64,000 bases of DNA from the NCBI GenBank assembly GCA_016432345.1, contig CP066685.1:496236-560235 (forward strand), given 5' to 3'. Of this stretch, positions 39,960 to 49,211 are shown in pieces; the stretch's first letter is position 1, and every line of letters starts with the position of its first letter. Both the position numbers and the translations under genes were made by a program. The notes below the pieces were generated by a model. It saw nothing but the letters and a program-made list of their open reading frames with translations. It was not told where the DNA came from and did no database searches. The stretch comes from Candidatus Levyibacteriota bacterium. GTDB taxonomy: Bacteria > Patescibacteriota > Microgenomatia > Levybacterales > UBA12049.

Positions 39960-40662
39960 CAGATTGAGATAATCTAATCCATGTTTCTGCAGTTGCCGCG
40001 ATATCTTTCCAGCGTTTTCCTAAAAGGGCGCCGACATGGCTTACTCCTTTGAATTTAAAATAGTCCGCATTATAGTATTTTGCAATTTCTAGACTAACTT
40101 TTGGTGTTATATCAACGTCTGCTCCGCCAGAAATAACTAATACTCTTGCTTTAATTTTTTCTTTGTTTATTGATAATCCGCTTCGTAGTTGTTTAATTAC
40201 TTTTCCAGATTCATCCCGCCACTGCGGGTGAGCCCATAAAATTGTTTTTTTCGTTGCCTCGGGCATGCAGTCAGTGGTATCTTGTAATGTGGATTCTGTG
40301 CTCCATTTTATAACATCCGGCACATGTGTAGATTTTTTAATTGGCCAAGGTGGAGCGCTGTTTACCAATACAATTTTAGCAACATCTTCGACTTCTCCAA
40401 TTTTTTGGGCCAGCCAGCCGCCCATGCTTGCGCCTATCACAATTGGTTTTTGTTTGATTGTCGCAACTATTTTTTGTAGCTGTTTGACATAGTCAAAAAT
40501 ACTAACATCCTTGAGGGGTTTTTTGTTTCCGTTGAGTGTTGGCGCATAGCATCTATATTCGTGTGACTCAAAATATATTTTCCAGTATTCCCATTCCCAT
40601 CCGCCGCCGCCTGCGCCGTGGATAAAAATAATTGGCGGTTTTTTGTTTATTTTTCTTTCCAT
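39919..40662 (-). CDS. Alpha/beta hydrolase, last gene of TPP-riboswitch operon; 3' end overlaps tRNA-Val
   Basis: FIHGAGGGGW, GASMGG, GGADVD, SH catalytic His. Confidence 0.82.
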   Translation of the reverse strand: MERKINKKPPIIFIHGAGGGGWEWEYWKIYFESHEYRCYAPTLNGNKKPLKDVSIFDYVKQLQKIVATIKQKPIVIGASMGGWLAQKIGEVEDVAKIVLVNSAPPWPIKKSTHVPDVIKWSTESTLQDTTDCMPEATKKTILWAHPQWRDESGKVIKQLRSGLSINKEKIKARVLVISGGADVDITPKVSLEIAKYYNADYFKFKGVSHVGALLGKRWKDIAATAETWIRLSQSVDLDGFEPSAFRM

Positions 40663-41402
40663 GGTAAAAGCATTTTTTCGAGAATACTAACCAAGATAAA
40701 AAGCAGCATGCTCAGTAGCGTTGTTACAAAAATCGTGGCAAAAACAAGTGAAATTGCGTAGGCGTTTGCAGCGGTTTGAATAAAAACACCTAGTCCCTTT
40801 TCTGCGCCAACATATTCCCCAACCATCGCCCCGGTAATGCTGTATGTTACGGCAATTTTAAGCCCTGAAAAAAAAGCCGGGAGAGCGGAGGGGAATTTAA
40901 GTAATCGCATAGTGTCTATATATGATGCGTTCATAGTTTTAAAAAGGTTTATAAATTCTTTATCAATGCGGGAAAATCCATCGGACATAGCAATTGTAAT
41001 TGGAAAGTAACAAAAAAGTGTTACTACAACAACTTTTGACCATATATCAAACCCAAGCCATATTAAAAGAAGGGGCGCAAGAGCAATAATGGGAATAGTT
41101 TGCGATGTTACTAAAATTGGATAGACTGCCCGTTTTACCCATGAAGATGTATCCAGTAAAACCGCAGTTGTTATACCAATAACAATTGCAGTAAAAATAC
41201 CAATAAGCGTTTCTATTAATGTTTGTTGTACGTGGGGAAGGATAATATTCCAGTTTCGAAAAAAAGCTTGCATAATAACAATGGGTGATGGAAGAAGTTG
41301 GTTGCTAATTTGTGACGTTTGCACGAATATTTCCCACACTGTAAAAAGTGTTGTAAAAAGGACAAAGGCAGGACCAAGATTAATGATTGTTTTTAGTTTC
41401 AT
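40647..41402 (-). CDS. ABC transporter permease, SsuC/ThiX-like
   Basis: LLPSP, QTIPIIALAPL, PSALPAFFSGLK, GEYVGAEKGLG. Confidence 0.9.
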   Translation of the reverse strand: MKLKTIINLGPAFVLFTTLFTVWEIFVQTSQISNQLLPSPIVIMQAFFRNWNIILPHVQQTLIETLIGIFTAIVIGITTAVLLDTSSWVKRAVYPILVTSQTIPIIALAPLLLIWLGFDIWSKVVVVTLFCYFPITIAMSDGFSRIDKEFINLFKTMNASYIDTMRLLKFPSALPAFFSGLKIAVTYSITGAMVGEYVGAEKGLGVFIQTAANAYAISLVFATIFVTTLLSMLLFILVSILEKMLLPWKEK

Positions 41403-42160
41403 AGATTAAGAAGTAGCTGTTCAAGTAGTTGTTCGATTTCAACTGTTTTTTTGTCTTTTAGAAACTCGTGTTTTCTTGGTCTTGGAAGGTTAATATTTAC
41501 TTCTTTAATAATTGTTGCGGGACTGCTGCTTAAAACATATATCCTGTCGGAAAGAAGAATAGCTTCTCTTATATCATGAGTTACAAATAAAACGCTTGAT
41601 TTATATGTTTGCCAAACATCTAAAAGCCACATTTGCATAGAAAGTCTAGTTAGCGCATCAAGCGCTCCAAAGGGTTCGTCCATAAGTAGAAACTGATTAT
41701 TAAAAAGTATAGTTCTTAAAAGCGCCACCCGCTGCGCCATGCCTCCAGAAAGTGCATGAGGATAATAGTTGGCATAATCTGAAAGTCCAAATTTTTTAAG
41801 CATGTTACATGCTTCTTGTTTGGCTTTTTTTTCTGAAATGCGTTTTAGAGTTAGCCCCAACATAACGTTTTCCAAAACAGTTTTCCAGGGTAGAAGGAGT
41901 GGTTTTTGCAGCATGTAGCCTGACTTTCCAAGTAGTTTTTGGTTTTTTTGTTTATCTATGTATATTGTTCCAGTGGTTTGTTTTTCAAGGCCCGCAAGGA
42001 TATTAAGAAGTGTTGTTTTGCCGCAGCCGCTTGGTCCAATAATACTTACAAATTCACCATAATTAATGCGCATGGAAATTGAGGAAACGGTGTATGTTAG
42101 GGAACTGTTTAGAGAAAATGTTTTTGATAGATTTTTAACTTCTAGTTTGGGAGTCGTCAT
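41399..42160 (-). CDS. ABC transporter ATPase, SsuB/ThiZ-like
   Basis: GPSGCGKTT, LSGGMAQR, LMDEPFGALD, VTHD; start set to ATG 42160. Confidence 0.92.
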   Translation of the reverse strand: MTTPKLEVKNLSKTFSLNSSLTYTVSSISMRINYGEFVSIIGPSGCGKTTLLNILAGLEKQTTGTIYIDKQKNQKLLGKSGYMLQKPLLLPWKTVLENVMLGLTLKRISEKKAKQEACNMLKKFGLSDYANYYPHALSGGMAQRVALLRTILFNNQFLLMDEPFGALDALTRLSMQMWLLDVWQTYKSSVLFVTHDIREAILLSDRIYVLSSSPATIIKEVNINLPRPRKHEFLKDKKTVEIEQLLEQLLLNL

Positions 42161-42168
42161 GAAGCGCG

Positions 42169-43206
42169 CTACTTGAAAAACTGATTTGTGTATAACTTGG
42201 TAAAATCTAATGTCGTTACTGCCGAGCCTGATGCATCTTTTATTTGGCCTGTACTTAAAATAAACTTTGGAAATTCTGTCCAGGCTTTTTCGTCTTGAAC
42301 TCCCCATGGTTTATCTGGGTCCGTGTAACGAGGACTTAGATATTTTTGGCTTTCGACAACAAATTCTTTGTCATCAAACATTCCTTTTTGCGCAGAGTCA
42401 ATAAGGATTTGCGCCGACTCTTCTGGATTTTGTATAGCAAAATTATATCCTTTGGTGGTTGCTTTGATAAACTTTCTCAAAATCTCTGGCCTTCCTTTTA
42501 TTTGTGTGGGGCCGGAAATAAGGACCGGGGTATAGTAATCGGGAATACCATATTTTATAAGGGAAAATGAAACAAGTTTTACTCCCTGTCGTTTTGCTTG
42601 CACGCCTGTCCAGGCATCAAAAATCCAAACAAAATCAATTTTTTTGGTTTCTAAGGCTTTTATGCCGTCTATATCCAGCATGACTGTTTTAAAATTTCCT
42701 TTTCCATTATTTTTTTTGATCATTTCTGAAATAACTGCATTTTCAAACGGAGCGCCAAACCCGCCATAGATTTTTCCATCAAGATCTTTTGGAGTTTTTA
42801 TGCCAGAGTTTTCTGTTGCGGCAAGAGAGGAGGTGTTATGTCGAATAATTGTGGCAATTGATACCACAGGATTGCCAGAGGCAACAGATGTAACAACGCC
42901 TTCTGTATAACTTACGCCAACATCTGCTTTATTCGTTGAAACTAATATTTCGGATGAAACGTTTCCAGAATAGGGAAGAATTTTAACTTCGATTCCTTCG
43001 TTTTTGTAGTATCCTTTTTTTTGCGCCACATAAATACCTGTGTGGTTGGTATTGGGCGTATAGTCTAGGGCAAGCGTTACTGCTGTCAGTTTGGGCGTTT
43101 CTATTGGCGGTTTTGCAGGTTTTCTATTTTGTAACAAAAATAATCCTACTAGACCAAGAAGAACAATAAATGTTGCAAAAATGTATTTTATAGGTAGTTT
43201 TATCAT
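42169..43206 (-). CDS. NMT1/THI5 (ThiY-like) substrate-binding protein
   Basis: LDYTPNTNHTGIYVA, PKDLDGK, PDYYTPV; start set to ATG 43206 at riboswitch end. Confidence 0.9.
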   Translation of the reverse strand: MIKLPIKYIFATFIVLLGLVGLFLLQNRKPAKPPIETPKLTAVTLALDYTPNTNHTGIYVAQKKGYYKNEGIEVKILPYSGNVSSEILVSTNKADVGVSYTEGVVTSVASGNPVVSIATIIRHNTSSLAATENSGIKTPKDLDGKIYGGFGAPFENAVISEMIKKNNGKGNFKTVMLDIDGIKALETKKIDFVWIFDAWTGVQAKRQGVKLVSFSLIKYGIPDYYTPVLISGPTQIKGRPEILRKFIKATTKGYNFAIQNPEESAQILIDSAQKGMFDDKEFVVESQKYLSPRYTDPDKPWGVQDEKAWTEFPKFILSTGQIKDASGSAVTTLDFTKLYTNQFFK

Positions 43207-43290
43207 TTCCTTCGTCGGCATTACCCGAACAGGTTCAAAGGGTCGTCGCCTTAAGCAACCTCTCAGCCCATCTATTGAGCTCCCCTATTT
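43205..43290 (-). ncRNA. TPP riboswitch (THI element)
   Basis: Minus strand AGGGGAGC..GGGCTGAGAG..GACCCTTTGAACCTG..GGGTAATGCCG.CGAAGGAA; upstream of ThiY-like gene; promoter TTGACA-17-TATTAT at 43327-43299. Confidence 0.93.
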
Positions 43291-43323
43291 ATGTGATTAT
43301 AATAAAACATGTTGATTTGTTTG

Positions 43324-43965
43324 TCAACTCCGATTTAAAATGTGGACAAAAAGCAATTGTCCTTCCCCCATATCTACAGATACTTCTTTTTGGGTGAATA
43401 TATTACTGATGCCGCGTGATTTGCCAAAAAAAAGCGATTCGTTTTTCAAAGAGTATTTTAGATTTATTGTTGTAATATGAGAAACTTCTTTACTAAGCGG
43501 AATAAGGGAAAGCAGGTCATTTATGTCTCCTTTTATTTGTACCAGCTTTGGACCCTTTTCTACCCAGGCAATAATTGCGCCGTGAATGTACCTAACGGGT
43601 ATATTGGTACCAGCAAGAAGTGAAATGTTTGCTAAAATATGATCTATTCGATTACCCTCGATACCGCCAATAATGTCTATTTCTGTGGCATTATTGTCAA
43701 TTGCGTATTGTATGGCAAGTTCGGTGTCTGCTTCGTTTTTGGTTGCGGGATAAGTAACAAAAACAGTCCCCCTTTTTTTTAGCAAATCGCGTGTTTTTGT
43801 ATCTATAGAATCCATATCGCCAATAACAGCTTCGGGTATATAATTCCATTCCAAAGCGGTTTTGGCGCCAGAGTCGGCGGCGATTATTTTGTCGGCTATC
43901 TTTAGTGATTGGGTAATAATTTTTCCTTTTTCTATCCTACCGCCGGTAAAAATAACGTAGCGCAT
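43324..43965 (-). CDS. thiN: Thiamine pyrophosphokinase
   Basis: IAADSGA, IGDMDSI, KNEADTELA, RIDHILAN, LKYSL, RGISN; start set to ATG 43965. Confidence 0.92.
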   Translation of the reverse strand: MRYVIFTGGRIEKGKIITQSLKIADKIIAADSGAKTALEWNYIPEAVIGDMDSIDTKTRDLLKKRGTVFVTYPATKNEADTELAIQYAIDNNATEIDIIGGIEGNRIDHILANISLLAGTNIPVRYIHGAIIAWVEKGPKLVQIKGDINDLLSLIPLSKEVSHITTINLKYSLKNESLFFGKSRGISNIFTQKEVSVDMGEGQLLFVHILNRS

Positions 43966-44061
43966 AGAATGTATTCTACAAAAAAAATGAAGCAGTGTAT
44001 ACAACCTATAGTTTGCTTTTAGTTGGAAGAGATGGTATACTTTTGTACTTAATCATAAAAT

Positions 44062-45190
44062 ATGAGAGCAAGACAAGAATTAGAGACAAGACTAAATTTA
44101 GAAAAAAGGGATAATTCTGTTGAACAATATTTAAATGAGATAGGTAGGTATAGTTTGTTGTCTCGCGAAGAAGAGATAGGGTTTGGTAAAAAAGCGGATA
44201 GAGGGAGATATGCTTCAGCGCTACTTGGATATATATCAGGAGAAGAAATTGTTTGTAAGGGGTCATCGCCTGTTGCTCTTGATTTACTAAATGAATTTAG
44301 ACTTTGGCCATATGCCGAACTTGTTTTTGAGGATAAGAAACCAGAGCAAGAAATGAAGTTAGATAGAAGGTTGGCAAGGTCGGTGATAGGAATAAAAGTT
44401 TTAGATGAAGATGCTTTTGTTGATCGGCTTAGGGATTTGCAAGGTTGTTTACAAGAATATGTTTTAGATGGAGTTGAAGCAGAAAAAGAAATGATAAATG
44501 GAAATCTCCGTTTGGTTGTTTCGGTGGCCAAAAAATATATCGGCAGAGGGGTATCTTTTTTGGATATGATTCAAGATGGAAATGAAGGTTTAATAAAAGG
44601 GAGTAAAAAAATATCAATGGGAAAAAGGGTATAAGCTTTCTACATATTTAACACCTTGGATAATCCAGGGAGTAACACGGGCAATTGCCAATTACGGACA
44701 AATAGTTAGAGTTCCTGTGCAGGTGCATGATGACGCAAAAAAAGTCGCTTTTGTAGAAGGAAAACTTATGCAGGAAGGACTTGGACAAGAACCGACAGCA
44801 GAACAAATTGCCGCTGATCCAGCAGCAAAATTAAGCGTGGAAGCAATAAGAAGAGTTATGTTTGTTCGAACAACTATTGGTAGGATTTTAAGTCTTGATG
44901 AGCCGTCAGAATCAGATGGATATGAAGGAACAAAATTAAGTGATTTTGTACAGTCGGAGGACCCTGCGGTTGAAGATGAGGCGCTTAGAAATGTGCAAGG
45001 AGGAGAGGCAAAAAAAATTTTAGGGACTTTTACACCCAACGAGGAAAAAATCTTAAATTTATTATTTGGGTTGAAAGATGGGGTACCAAGAAGAGAATTG
45101 GATGTTGCAGAAATATTGGGTATTACACAACAGCGAGTTAGTGCTGTTAGAGCTAAAGTCCTGAAAAGATTAAGAGATAGTTTAAGGTAA
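44062..45190 (+). pseudogene. RpoD-family sigma70 factor split by a +1 frameshift near 44595-44611 (375 aa if joined)
   Basis: YLNEIGRYSLLSREEE (1.2), NLRLVVSVAKKYIGRG..DMIQDGNEGL (2.1-2.2); +1 frame continues KYQWEKGYKLSTY..TRAIAN..VRVPV, SLDEP, region-4 HTH. Confidence 0.88.
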
Positions 45191-45215
45191 TAAAAATAGT
45201 TTTTGAAGCGATGAT

Positions 45216-48200
45216 TTATAACATTTTCCTCATTTTAAGATAAGATAATCCTGTTGCTCCAAATAACAAAACCCCAGCAATCGGCAAAAAATTTATTTTA
45301 TTTTTTTCTTGCAGAGTTGGTTTATCTGCAGATTTGGATTCGACAGTTTGCTGATCTAATTTTGATTCTTTTTTGAGTTCTTCTTTTGGTTTTGGTTCTA
45401 TTTTTGCTCCCAGCACATTTTCTTTAAAGCCCGCTGCCGCGCCTTGTTCGGAAAATCCAATTGGCGTAGCGGCAATTTCGTTGGAGTAATCTCCTGGGGT
45501 ACATCCATTGCCCGCCCGTACTCTAAAATAATATGTCTGTCCGCCGGAGAGATTTTCTACCACAAAATTGGTTGTTCCTTTTCCTCCAATGTTGGGGTTG
45601 CCATACTGCAATTTTCCAGGCTCTGTTCCATAGGCAATAAGGTAATACGAAATTGGCCCCGCCCCTTCTTTCCATGATAGTGCGACGGTGTTGATGCCGG
45701 CAAAAGTGGAAGTGAGGGTAGGCGCGCTTTGTGGCTTTTCGTCGTTGCAAGTTGCAGCAGAGGTGGAGTTTGAAGATGTAGAAGATGAGGAACTAGAACT
45801 TGAAGCAGTTACTGTCGGTGTTGGTGTCGGAGTCGGAGTTGGAGTAGGTGTTGGTGTGGGAGTGAGCGTTGGGTCGCTGGCAAGGGTAATACTTCGTTCG
45901 TCGGTTACCTGCTCGGGCGAGCCGCGGGAAATAAGGCGGTAGTAGTAGGTTTTTCCAGGCAGCAAATCGGTGATTGTTACAGAATGGTTTTTTGTTTTTG
46001 TTGGTTTTTCGTCGGTTCCATTGTCGTATCCATATTTAGTTCCAGAGCCTTTGACTTTTTTTGACTGGCTGCCAAAAACAACGCGACTATACGATGGTCT
46101 ATCGGTTGTCCAGGTAACAGTAAAAGAAGTCGCGGTATTTTCGGCAACGGTTATTGACGTATCGTCAATTTTTGGGGCGATTTCATATTCTTCTGTGAGC
46201 GTGTCGCTTAGATTACCTGCAGTATCTTTTGCTACCGTTTTGAGTGTTACACTGCTGCCGTCAATTATAATTGGCGCAACGTAGATGAGTCTGGCGCTGG
46301 AGGTGGAAGGATCTGTTCCATCGAGGGTATAAAAAATGGTAGGTTTATTAGGTGCATCAAGACTTGTAATTTCAATTGATCGTGGTTTTAGATATTTATC
46401 TCCTGGAATGTCCACTGTAGGTTTGGTTGGAGGAATGCCATCTGTTGGAGTGGTAGTTTGTTGGTTATTCCATTTGTCTGATGAGATATCTTTAATGCCA
46501 GTTCCTGTTCCATTTCCTTTGAGGGTAACAATCGGTGTTTTTCCTGCGTCATTTGGTTCTGTTGTTTCTTCAATAGTTATTGTAACTTTGTTTTTCTCAT
46601 TGCCATCTCGTTTTGCGGTAACAACTTTGTATCCTTCAACATTAAAATCAGAATTATTGCTTGATTCATTTACTGTGTTCGCGTTTACATCCCGTACAAA
46701 AGTTACCTCAATTTTATCTATTTTGCCGTTGTTATTGGTATCAAGGGTTTTGGTGCTTTTTATTTGCGGTGGTGTGGTATCAGTTGGTGTTGTATCGTTG
46801 CTTTCGCCATTTTGTTTATATCCCAGAGAAAACGTCGCCGGCTCATCATTTTTTGTTTGGCTCGAAATTTTGTTTACAGTTGCGCTGCCAGTTGCTGTAT
46901 GTCGATACGTTTCAAGCTTAAATTGGTTTATGACAGCGCTTGTTGTTGCAACAGTAATGCTATATGTGTCGTTATTTGGTTTAGGTATTAGCAGCATTTT
47001 ATAGTCTGGACTTGTAGTTTCGCTTATTGGATCTTTAATGCCATGCTCTAGATAATAGATAGCGTTTGGTATATCGGTATAGGTGGTTGTGCCATTACTG
47101 CCTGCTTTTTGACCACTGCTATTTGTTAGATATATGTCAACATCTGGGTCTACAACAACTATTAGATACGAAAGATTCGTATTAGAAGGGATAAATCGTC
47201 TCATGGAAAGAAAAGTATCGTTGTATGAGGCTAAAGTTGTCCTCTCATCGTAAAAAGGATCGTTAATATCAAAAGTTGTTCCATTGATTCCCTTGGCAAC
47301 AATAAAATGTCCTGGTTCTTCAAGTATTACTGGATTATTACTATCTAATTGGTTTTTTAATTTAGTTTTGTCATTGTCGCCCCACACAAATTCTAAGGCA
47401 TCAAAATCAGTGATATTATTTACTGTTTTTGCAAGTTTGGATAAGTCGGCTATGGCTGCCCAATTTACTTTGCCTCGTATATAGCCACCATCGCCACCTT
47501 CATAATTTTTTAACCAAAGATTTAGAGTATCTGGTTGGAGATCAGATCCATCTGGCAATTTTTTAATACCATAGTAATTAAGTATCATTGCAGCCGATGT
47601 CATAGCACATCCCCAGCGATTGATTGTTGTTGCTTCTCCAGTTTTTGCCCAATCGGTTGCAGTGTCATATTCTAATCCCTGCCACGGCTCCGAAGTTTGC
47701 TTAAGTAGCGGAACATCGAGCGGAGAATCGATGTTCGTAACAACAATGTTATCAAACCAGACTTCTGAATCTGGATCTGCGCCAACGCTTGCTTGAAGAC
47801 CAATTGTTCCACCATCAAAATAAGGCGAAGAATCCTCCAATTTCCAGATTTCATCATTGTTAATAAATAATTTAATTACATTTTTAGAAAATTCTATTTT
47901 AAAATGGTATGTTTGGTTATCCTGAAAAGAATATGATTTTTGTTCTACTCGATAGTAACTTCCTATAACTTTTTGAAAGTATATAGTTGATCCGTAAGTC
48001 ATAAAGTCATACCAATTAGAGGAGTCTAAATACTTAAATAGGATGTTTCTATTAGCTATAGCTGTGTTTTTATATTCCATATCAAAGCTGTACGAGTATC
48101 CAATAAAGCCAGAAAGATCAAAATTGTTTGGAATAATTTCAGTTGTGCAACTTGGACCGTTTATTCTAATACCAGCCTTGCCATTTTCTATATTCCAAGT

Positions 48201-48404
48201 AGTAGGGATACCCCCGTACAAACAGGACTTTGATGTATTTGAGTATTGTGTGTTTCTTTTAACAGCCCAATTATTTAAATTTCCTGTATCAAAGTTTTCT
48301 TGGAATACTTTATGAGAGGCAAAGCTTTGTGAAGTAAAAAATAGACTAATAAAAGCCAAAAAAATAAAAACAAAAAGAAACCTGAGGGCCATCAGTTTCT
48401 TCAC
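45216..48404 (-). CDS. Large surface protein: signal peptide, beta-sandwich/lectin-like domain, C39-like cysteine peptidase, Ig/FN3 domains, PT linker, C-terminal TM
   Basis: WGCAMTSAAM..GHFIVAKG..INDP triad; IFYTLDGTDP; LLPGKTYYYRL; LSGGQTYYFRVRAGNG; TM + KMRK tail. Confidence 0.8.
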   Translation of the reverse strand: MKKLMALRFLFVFIFLAFISLFFTSQSFASHKVFQENFDTGNLNNWAVKRNTQYSNTSKSCLYGGIPTTWNIENGKAGIRINGPSCTTEIIPNNFDLSGFIGYSYSFDMEYKNTAIANRNILFKYLDSSNWYDFMTYGSTIYFQKVIGSYYRVEQKSYSFQDNQTYHFKIEFSKNVIKLFINNDEIWKLEDSSPYFDGGTIGLQASVGADPDSEVWFDNIVVTNIDSPLDVPLLKQTSEPWQGLEYDTATDWAKTGEATTINRWGCAMTSAAMILNYYGIKKLPDGSDLQPDTLNLWLKNYEGGDGGYIRGKVNWAAIADLSKLAKTVNNITDFDALEFVWGDNDKTKLKNQLDSNNPVILEEPGHFIVAKGINGTTFDINDPFYDERTTLASYNDTFLSMRRFIPSNTNLSYLIVVVDPDVDIYLTNSSGQKAGSNGTTTYTDIPNAIYYLEHGIKDPISETTSPDYKMLLIPKPNNDTYSITVATTSAVINQFKLETYRHTATGSATVNKISSQTKNDEPATFSLGYKQNGESNDTTPTDTTPPQIKSTKTLDTNNNGKIDKIEVTFVRDVNANTVNESSNNSDFNVEGYKVVTAKRDGNEKNKVTITIEETTEPNDAGKTPIVTLKGNGTGTGIKDISSDKWNNQQTTTPTDGIPPTKPTVDIPGDKYLKPRSIEITSLDAPNKPTIFYTLDGTDPSTSSARLIYVAPIIIDGSSVTLKTVAKDTAGNLSDTLTEEYEIAPKIDDTSITVAENTATSFTVTWTTDRPSYSRVVFGSQSKKVKGSGTKYGYDNGTDEKPTKTKNHSVTITDLLPGKTYYYRLISRGSPEQVTDERSITLASDPTLTPTPTPTPTPTPTPTPTVTASSSSSSSSTSSNSTSAATCNDEKPQSAPTLTSTFAGINTVALSWKEGAGPISYYLIAYGTEPGKLQYGNPNIGGKGTTNFVVENLSGGQTYYFRVRAGNGCTPGDYSNEIAATPIGFSEQGAAAGFKENVLGAKIEPKPKEELKKESKLDQQTVESKSADKPTLQEKNKINFLPIAGVLLFGATGLSYLKMRKML
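45811..45872 (-). repeat. Pro-Thr dipeptide linker (degenerate 6-bp repeats)
   Basis: PTLTPTPTPTPTPTPTPTPT with varied codons. Confidence 0.85.
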
Positions 48405-48470
48405 AATAATTTAGTTTAGTCAGGAATTGTATTATTTGTCAAGCTAGGAGAATAATGTTAGAATTAATCT

Positions 48471-49211
48471 GTGAGTAAATCAGATAGAAGAAAAAAACAT
48501 GAGGATTTTCATAAAAATACCCATATACAAAAGAGACTAATAAATGTAAATAATTTTACATACAGAATTATTATCTCTGTCATAAATAAATATTTAAAAG
48601 GAAAAAAGAAAATTTTAGATATTGGTTGTGGTGCTGGCACTATATGTTTATATTTAGCGGGTAAAGGATATGATGTGCTTGGAATAGACATTTCTCAAAA
48701 TGCTATTAATTCGTGCAATGAAAGTGCTAAAGTTTTGGGATTAGAAAATGTTAATTTTGAAAGAAAAACATTTCCCACAGAAATTCCTAATGATAAATTT
48801 GATTATATTATTTGCAGTGAGGTTATAGAGCACCTTGAGGACGATGATTTTGCTCTAAAAAAAATATATGCGCTTCTTAAACCTAATGGTATTGCCATTT
48901 TTTCTACTCCTTCAGAAAATGCTCCACTTTATAAACTTGGTTTAGCAAAGGAATTTGATGATAAAGTTGGTCATTTAAGACGATATACCGTGGAAAAATT
49001 GGTAGCGAAATGTAAAACAAACAATTTTTCTATTCTAGAAACAAGAAAAACAGAGGGTGTTTTAAGAAATTTTTTATTCCTAAATCCAGTTGCAGGTAAA
49101 TTTGTTCGTTTTATTAAATTTTTTATTTCTGATATCGTGACTTTTTTTGATGAAATATCCTTGAGATTATTTGGAGAATCACAAATTTTCGTAGTTGTTA
49201 AAAAGTTATGA
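48471..49211 (+). CDS. Class I SAM-dependent methyltransferase
   Basis: ILDIGCGAG, GIDIS, FDYIICSEVIEHL, LKPNG..STP, GHLRRY; promoter TTGTCA-17-TAGAAT. Confidence 0.9.
   Translation: MSKSDRRKKHEDFHKNTHIQKRLINVNNFTYRIIISVINKYLKGKKKILDIGCGAGTICLYLAGKGYDVLGIDISQNAINSCNESAKVLGLENVNFERKTFPTEIPNDKFDYIICSEVIEHLEDDDFALKKIYALLKPNGIAIFSTPSENAPLYKLGLAKEFDDKVGHLRRYTVEKLVAKCKTNNFSILETRKTEGVLRNFLFLNPVAGKFVRFIKFFISDIVTFFDEISLRLFGESQIFVVVKKL

Noticed and set aside
44595..44602. AAAAGGGA as a programmed -1 frameshift site
   Set aside because: Joining the sigma halves needs a +1 shift, not -1
45688..47004. Plus-strand ORFs with VGVGVG repeats
   Set aside because: Antisense reading of the PT linker and Thr-rich stalk of the surface protein
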